DNA of 64,000 nucleotides from Octopus sinensis (Eukaryota), in assembly GCF_006345805.1 (NCBI RefSeq), contig NC_042999.1, positions 78,368,001 through 78,432,000 on the forward strand. The letters are read 5' to 3'. Position 1 is the first letter of the stretch. Each line of letters opens with the position of its first letter. The notes under the pieces are model-generated. The model had not been told where the DNA came from and searched no databases. It worked only from the letters and a program-made list of their open reading frames with translations. Position numbers and translations under genes: made by a program. Of this stretch, positions 56,880-64,000 are shown one piece after another.

Positions 56880-57320
56880 TATACAAGCAGGTGCTGAAAG
56901 GTTCCTGGCTTTGGGTAAAAGAAAATACCAGAGGATCGGTAAATTACAATTTTATTCATCATATTCCCCTTTCAGATTCACACACTTATTGCAGAGGTCT
57001 TTCAGTTTTTCTAAACCCTGAAAAAGAACTTGGAAAGTTGGACCCTTACCAGGTCTTTCACAATATACTTAAAGCCAGCTGGCAGAAATGTTCAAATGCC
57101 CAGTGAAATGGTTAGCGGTATTTCATCTGTCTTTATGTTCTGAGTTCAAATTCTGCCGAGGTCAACTTTGCCTTTCATCCTTTCAAGGTTGATAAATGAA
57201 GTACCAGTTGCATACTGGGGTTGATCTAATCGACTGTTCCCCCACCAAATTTTGGGCCTTTTGCCTAGAGTAGAAAAGAATATGCTTAAAGCCAGGAACT
57301 TTTCAGCACCCCTCAAATAT
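56880..57320. mobile_element. Non-autonomous mariner-type element containing a family B SINE
   Basis: TIRs ggtgctgaaaggttcctggcttt (~56890-56912) / aaagccaggaacttttcagcacc (57288-57310); TA-rich flanks. Confidence 0.75.
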
Positions 57321-57333
57321 GTATGTATGTATG

Positions 57334-57403
<70 letters not shown>

Positions 57404-57410
<7 letters not shown>

Positions 57411-58633
57411 AGGTATTTGAGGGCATACCTTTTTTGGGTCATTGTTGCATTTTTTGCTGACTCTGTATAATCTTTGTTTCAGAAAATAATAATGGCAGAC
57501 CCTCAGCTTACTGAAGAAATGAAGAGGTATAATGTTATTGTGGTTATAAAGGCTGAGCATAGTGATTTAGAAATATCTCGAGTTTTCAGATCCTTCATCT
57601 ACAAAGTTTGTAAGGAACTAGAGACTGAAGATGGAAACATATCACCAGTATCAAAGCATAAAAGCATTCTAAATGCTCTGAAATCATCAGCAAGTTCAAG
57701 AAACCATTGATTATAATCCCAGAAAGTCCATGAGGTCAATTGCAAAAGATCTCTATGTGTCAGAAGGAACAGTCAGAAATGCTGTCTGCGGAGACATCAG
57801 ATATAAGTCTTATAGGATGAAGAAAGGTCAATTTGTCCAAAACAGCAAAAGAAAACCACTACATCAGATTTAAAAGGCTCTTAAACTGAAAAATCCAGCA
57901 GAAGAAGATTTGATTTGGTTTTTCTCTAATGAGAAAAACTTTGACCAAGATCAAAAAGTTAATGGAAGAAATGACAGACGGTTATGTGCAGACCCTTCTG
58001 AAGTTCCAAGTGTTATGCATACAAAATTTCCTGCAACTGTCATGGTTTTAGGGGTTGTTAGCAATGAAGGACATATGATGCCTCCTTACTTCTTTCCACA
58101 AAGCCTTAGAATTAACTCTGCTGCCTATATTGAGGTCCTGGAAATAATTGTTAAGCCCTGGATAGACAGTGTATGCAATGGAAGGCCATATATGTTTCAG
58201 TAATACTCTGTACTATCACACATGGCTCTAGTAACACAGAAATGGATGGCTGAAAATTTTCATGATCACATAACCCCTAACATTTGACCTCCTAATTCCC
58301 CAGACCTCAATACATTGGACTGTTACATGTGGAGCGTTGTTGAGAGAGAGGTCAATAAACACGCCCATAACACCAAAGATTCTTTGAAAGCTGCCATAGT
58401 CCAAGTAATGTCCAAAATAAACCAGGACCACTTGATTTGAGATTGTAGATGATTTAGATCTCATATAGAAGTAGTTGTTGAAGCTGAAGGTGGCTTTGTT
58501 GAATAACGTTATAGAAAAGAAGGTTTATTTTTATCCTCATAGCATATTTTGATAAATAAAGTTATCATCTGTTATTATATATCTGTCTTTTCATAAACAT
58601 AAACCTGTCCTCAAATATATTATGTACCCTGTA
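57404..58633 (+). mobile_element. Near full-length inactive Tc1/mariner-superfamily transposon, DD37D (maT) type
   Basis: Transposase from MADPQLTEEMKR (57492) to EAEGGFVE* (~58506); FFSNEKNF, VMVLGVVSNEG, FQ*YSVLSH, *PPNSPDLNTLD with 37 residues between the 2nd and 3rd catalytic positions; TIR-like tacataaggtatttgagggca / tgtcctcaaatatattatgta. Confidence 0.9.
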
Positions 58634-58654
58634 TTTATATATATATATATATAG

Positions 58655-58908
58655 GTGGCACATAAAAAGCACCATTTGAGCATGGCCGTTGCCAGTACTG
58701 CCTGACTGGCCCTTGTGCCGGTGGCACATAAAAAGCACCAACTACACTCTTGGAGTGGTTGGTGTTAGGAAGGGCATCCAGCTGTAGAAACTCTGCCAGA
58801 TCAGATTGGAGTCTGGTGCAGCCATCTGGTTCGCCAGACCATAGTCAAATCATCCAACCCATGCTAGCATGGAAAGTGGATGTTAAACGATGATGATGAT
58901 GATGATGA
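58655..58908 (+). mobile_element. RTE 3'UTR copy with (GAT)n tail
   Basis: Reverse complement of 13585-13800. Confidence 0.85.
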
Positions 58909-59056
58909 TATATATAAATATATATATATAAATATATATATATAAATATATATATATAGTTAATCCAAACAAGAAAACACAAAAAAACACAGCAACGCGA
59001 GGACGTGAAACAAATAAAGTATTATTGGACACTCAGGAAAGAAGGGAAGAAGGAGG

Positions 59057-59091
59057 GTTTAACGTTTCGAGCGGAGCTCTTTGTCGGAAAC
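59057..59091 (-). ncRNA. Degenerate minimal type I hammerhead motif in a Penelope-like repeat remnant (~58960-59165)
   Basis: GTTT-CCGACAA-A-GAGC-TCC-GCTC-GAAA-CG-T-T-AAAC; stems I and II pair; core has U4C and G8A. Confidence 0.6.
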
Positions 59092-59258
59092 AAAGGAGAA
59101 GGAAAGATCCCGAGAAGGGAAGACAGAGGAAAAAAAATTGCTGGCGGTGCTCACGAGGTCACATGTATATATATATGTATGTATGTGTGTGTGTGTGTGT
59201 GTATAAGCAAAGTAGCTAGTTGTAAAATCTCAAGAAGAGATCAGAGTAGCAACTACAC

Positions 59259-59524
59259 TAACCAGTAAAGTTAACTGCCACATCAAAGTGGCTGTTCCAC
59301 ATTACTACTAGTTTAACCCCAGGCAGATCTACTGCCAGCTGGTTATCGGTGCATCACTGCTCCCTGTACATACATAGAAGATGTTCACTTCCCTGCTAGC
59401 AATATATATGTATGTACAAGGTACAGTGCTGCACTGATAACCAGCTGGCAGACGATCTGCCTAGGGTTAAACTAGTAGTAACATGGAACAGCCACTTTGA
59501 TGTGGCAATTAACTTTACTGGTTA
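59259..59524. mobile_element. Palindromic MITE-like element (~118-bp arms, 30-bp spacer, TA ends)
   Basis: taaccagtaaagttaactgccacatcaaagtggctgttcc... mirrored by ...ggaacagccactttgatgtggcaattaactttactggtta. Confidence 0.9.
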
Positions 59525-59811
59525 TATGTATATGCATATATATATATATCGTTAATTTGTTTCAATCATTAGACTGTGGCCACACTGGAGCACCACCTTG
59601 AATTTTCAGTTTCCATCTACCAAATCCACTTACAAGGCTGAGGCTATAGTAGAAGACACTTGCCCAAGGTGGCACGCAGTAGGACTGAACCTGGAACCGT
59701 GTGGCTGGGAAGCAAGCTTCTTACCACACAGCCATGCCTGCACCTATACATACATACATACATACATACATGCATACATGCACACACACACACACACACA
59801 TACATACATAC

Positions 59812-60235
<424 letters not shown>

Positions 60236-60714
60236 ATACATACATACATACATACATACATACATACATGCAAGCTTCTTAACCACACAGTCATACCTAT
60301 ACCTATATTGTGTATGCTGTGTTAAGGATTGCTAACATCAGGAACTGCTGAAACAATGAAATGTGCTTGTCTAAATGAAGTTCTATTTCTAATATTTTAC
60401 CATTCAGCTTGTGATCTGTGGTGTGGTCCATGGATATGATCTGTATGCAACTGTGATGATGTGATATGCACAATTTTCATTCCTTGTAATGTGTTATAAT
60501 TTGAGCTGGCAGAGAGAGATGGGTAGGCAGAATTGGTATTATCCATGATGGTTGAAGCATATTATTTTTATGCTAGGTGCAGGCATAGCTGTGTGGTAAG
60601 AAGTGCTTCCCAACCACATGGTTCTGGGTTCAGTTCCTCTGTGTGGCCCCTTGGGCCCTGGACTGAAGAAAGCCTTGTGAGTGGATTTAGTAGATAGAAA
60701 CTGAAAGAAGTCTG

Positions 60715-60752
<38 letters not shown>

Positions 60753-61979
60753 TCATCATGCAGTGTTTTAAATCTGAGTGTTGTCCCCGTTAATGGGGGT
60801 GGCTTGATCTACTTCAATGCCATAGCAACCAAGGTAGGCAGGTGCAGCCCACCCCAACCTTTGGGCTGACTGGCTGGTGCCCATTCTCCTTTGCTATCAT
60901 GAGGCTTTTTTGGAGCTGGATTTTCTACAGAGAGCATACCCTTGCTTACCCCCAACCTCAGTTTCTTGACATGAGTAGTCCCGAGACCAAGGCCTCTACC
61001 ATGATTTTAAAGAAATCTGGTGGAAAACTAGCTCAGGAAAGCAGGGATGCTACTCCCTGAGTCTCCTTTCAGAGCCCCACCACCTACTATATATATATCA
61101 GTGGCGTACAGTGACTTCTGAGGCTGGTTGTATAATAAATACTTATTGGTTGAGCCAAATCATTTTGAAATTATTTAACCAAGAGAACACATTTAGTTAT
61201 GTAATATGGCCATGGTTTTGAACCATTTTGCTGTCAAAGACAAATCAGCTGCTTCATCAGGCTACTTGCCAATTTTGGGAAAATAATTTATATTCACTTG
61301 AGCAGCCTGTTCTGATACTTATTGAACTCTGTACATTAAAAGACTACATCTCGCACACACATTGAACATACACGCATATACATAAACACACATACAATGA
61401 AAGACAGCCAAAATTCAACATTGTAAAGAGCCCTAAAAGCACTGAACAAAAACTTAGTGTCTCTTTTCATTTGTTGGGAGTTGCAAAGATGTGAAATATC
61501 GCAACATACAAGAAAATGAAGAAATGTAAACTACACTTACCTTATGAAAGAAAATTTGAAAGAATGTAAAAAAAAAATTATACAGAATGATTTATACATA
61601 AACACACACACACACATCTTTTAATGTGTGTGTTTATATTTATGTGTGTATGTTTCAGTCATTAGGAGAAATATTTTGAAAATCCTAAAGAGATCTTATG
61701 AAAGTAATTGGACATGTATAAGTGTATGTGTGAATTGTAAATCAGTTTCAACAAAATAGAAAGATAATTCTAGTAAATCAACACAGGATTAATTAGCTAT
61801 ATTATATTTCTGATTTCAGAAATTTTGAAAATTTGTTCAATACAGAGGATGGTTAATGATAATAATTTCAAACTTATGACAAAGCAAAATAGATATTCCA
61901 AAGTCACAGCAACATTTGAGCTGATTAATTAAGAATTATAGGATTGTTAATATGTTTTGGTCAAAATTTTTACATACAT

Positions 61980-62010
<31 letters not shown>

Positions 62011-62124
62011 TATATATGTGTATGTATGTTTCTGTATAATTATATATATGTAAAGATATAGTTTTAATTATTTATATACATCTGCATATATTCATGCATA
62101 ATAATCATCATCTTGGGGTCTGTA

Positions 62125-62800
62125 TCAGGGTGTCTTGGCATCACTCACCAAGTCCTTTGTGAGCCGCTCTCCAGCTATCTATCTGCGGCTTTATATAGCT
62201 ATGGTACGACCTCACCTGGAATTTGCATCAGCGGTCTGGAACCCCTATCTTGCCCAGGATATTAATTGTCTGGAAACCGTTCAGCGACGTGCAACCAAGA
62301 GAATACCCTCCATCAGGCATTTGCCATATTCTGAACGCCTTACTTCCCTGGGCATGGACACATTGAAACTCTGACGTCTGGCAGTTGACTTGGCAGACAC
62401 CCATAAAATTATTAACCATCTTACAAACAATAACTCTGAGCACCTTTTCAAATTCCACCTGTCTAACACCCATGGACATGTTTACAAAGTCAGAAAACAG
62501 CACAGCTCCCATGACTTTCGGAAACATTTTTTCACGCTAAGAGTTGCTGAAGCATGGAACAGACTGCTGGCATCAGTTTTTAGTTGTCGGAGCACTGCAT
62601 CCTTCAAAACTTCCATGCTTCCTGAGATTCGCCAACACTACACCTGATTTTCCCCCCTCCATACACACGAAAGCATGTATCTGACTCATACAGTGTTCGC
62701 TTTGCAGACATTTGTACATTACTGCATATACTTTATACGCACTTTTGACAAGTTGTGGTGCACCTGAGCACTGTATACAATAATTTCATTATTATTATAT
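62125..62800 (+). mobile_element. CR1-group LINE 3' end, relatively young
   Basis: LYIAMVRPHLEFASAVWNPY...LETVQRRATKRIP...YSERL...RKHFFTLRVAEAWNRL; single internal stop; (ATT)n tail. Confidence 0.92.
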
Positions 62801-62957
62801 TATTATATCATAATTTGACATTTATCATTTCAATGGTAGCATGGGTTGGACAGATCACATAAGCGTCTAGCCATTTGGTGCAGTCCTACATTATCTAACT
62901 TGTAGTAACAAAGAAAATATAAATTATTTTTTGATCATATATATATTAATTGCAGCA

Positions 62958-63202
62958 TGGAAGGAGTTTGTAAGCCATTTAAGAAACATACAAAAGCCGT
63001 TCGATTCACTTCAACATTTAAGTTTAATTTATCAAAATATTTTCATTGCTTTTAGACCACGACCTGTTCACTGACAAAAATCCGTGCAGTGAACAAGTCG
63101 GGGTTTTAAAGCGACGAAAATATTTTGACAAATTAAACGTAAATGTTGAAGTGAATCGAATGGCTTTTGTGTGTTTTTTAAATGGCTTACAAACACCTTC
63201 CA
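62958..63202. repeat. 245-bp palindrome, probable inverted Penelope-like terminal repeat with hammerhead-like motifs
   Basis: Arms 62958-63073 and 63087-63202, 13-nt loop. Confidence 0.85.
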
Positions 63203-63204
63203 CT

Positions 63205-63617
63205 CTCTTTTCTCTTTTACTCTTTTACTTGTTTCAGTCATTTGACTGCGGCCATGCTGGAGCACCGCCTTTGGTCGAGCAAATCAACCCTGGGACTTAT
63301 TCTTTGGAAGCCCAGTACTTATTCTATCGGTCTATTTTGCCGAACCGCTATGTGACGGGGACGTAAACACACCAGCATCGGTTGTCAAGCAATGCTAGGG
63401 GCACAAACACAGACACACAAACACACACATATACACATATATATATATACATATATACGACAGGCTTCTTTCAGTTTCCGTCTACCAAATCCACTCACAA
63501 GGCATTGGTCGGCCTGGGGCTATAGCAGACGACACTTGCCCAAGATGCCACGCAGTGGGACTGAACCCGGAACCATGTGGTTGGTTAGCAAGCTACTTAC
63601 CACACAGCCACTCCTGC
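63205..63617 (-). mobile_element. Full-length SINE family A copy
   Basis: Reverse complement of 19821-20240; CpGs largely intact. Confidence 0.9.
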
Positions 63618-64000
63618 AACTGTTTTCGTTTCAGCACACAATCTCAGATCAAATCACTTGCTATGCAAGTACACCTCCGTAATATATATTAATTATATTT
63701 CTTAAAATCTTATTTATTTATTTTACTAATTTAATTTTATTTCATCTAACCATATTTATTTACATTATTCTTGTGGAGATGGCTGTGTGGTCAAGATGCT
63801 TGCTTTGAACGACGTGGTCTTGGGTTCAGTCCCACTGTGAGGCACCTTGGGTAAATGTCTTTTACTATAGACCTAGACCAACCAATGTCTTGTGAGTGAA
63901 TATGGTAGACGGAAACAGTTTGGAAGTCTGCCTCTCATACACATGTATGTATGTATGTATGTATGTATGTACGTATGTATGTACGTATGTATGTATGTGT

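Noticed and set aside
59425-59485. CTGATAA...TAAACTAGTA in the 59.3-kb palindrome arm as a hammerhead
   Set aside because: G8 and G12 absent, stem I does not pair, and the related 37.5-kb element lacks the motif

Overview
AT-rich eukaryotic genomic DNA, very probably from an octopus or other coleoid cephalopod. This is inferred from the dense (TA)n/(CA)n/(TATG)n/(TATC)n microsatellites and the SINE and RTE repeat families. The window is almost entirely intronic or intergenic and holds no complete host gene; nearly all listed ORFs are microsatellite or repeat artefacts. Supported content: decayed non-LTR retrotransposons (RTE, RTE-BovB-like, CR1-like, an R4/Dong-like 3' end), at least four dispersed SINE-like families (one copy with a 5S rRNA-derived head), a near full-length dead DD37D (maT) transposon, and several MITEs and long palindromes. 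Two CpG-retaining, promoter-like zones (~10.1-12.3 kb and ~23.4-31.5 kb) each contain a candidate minus-strand first coding exon ending in phase 1. The most unusual signal is a 245-bp palindrome (62958-63202) whose two arms each follow a minimal hammerhead-ribozyme architecture with a swapped G3/C8 core pair. A second degenerate minimal hammerhead lies at 59057-59091. All calls were made by eye; repeat boundaries are approximate and family names need database confirmation.
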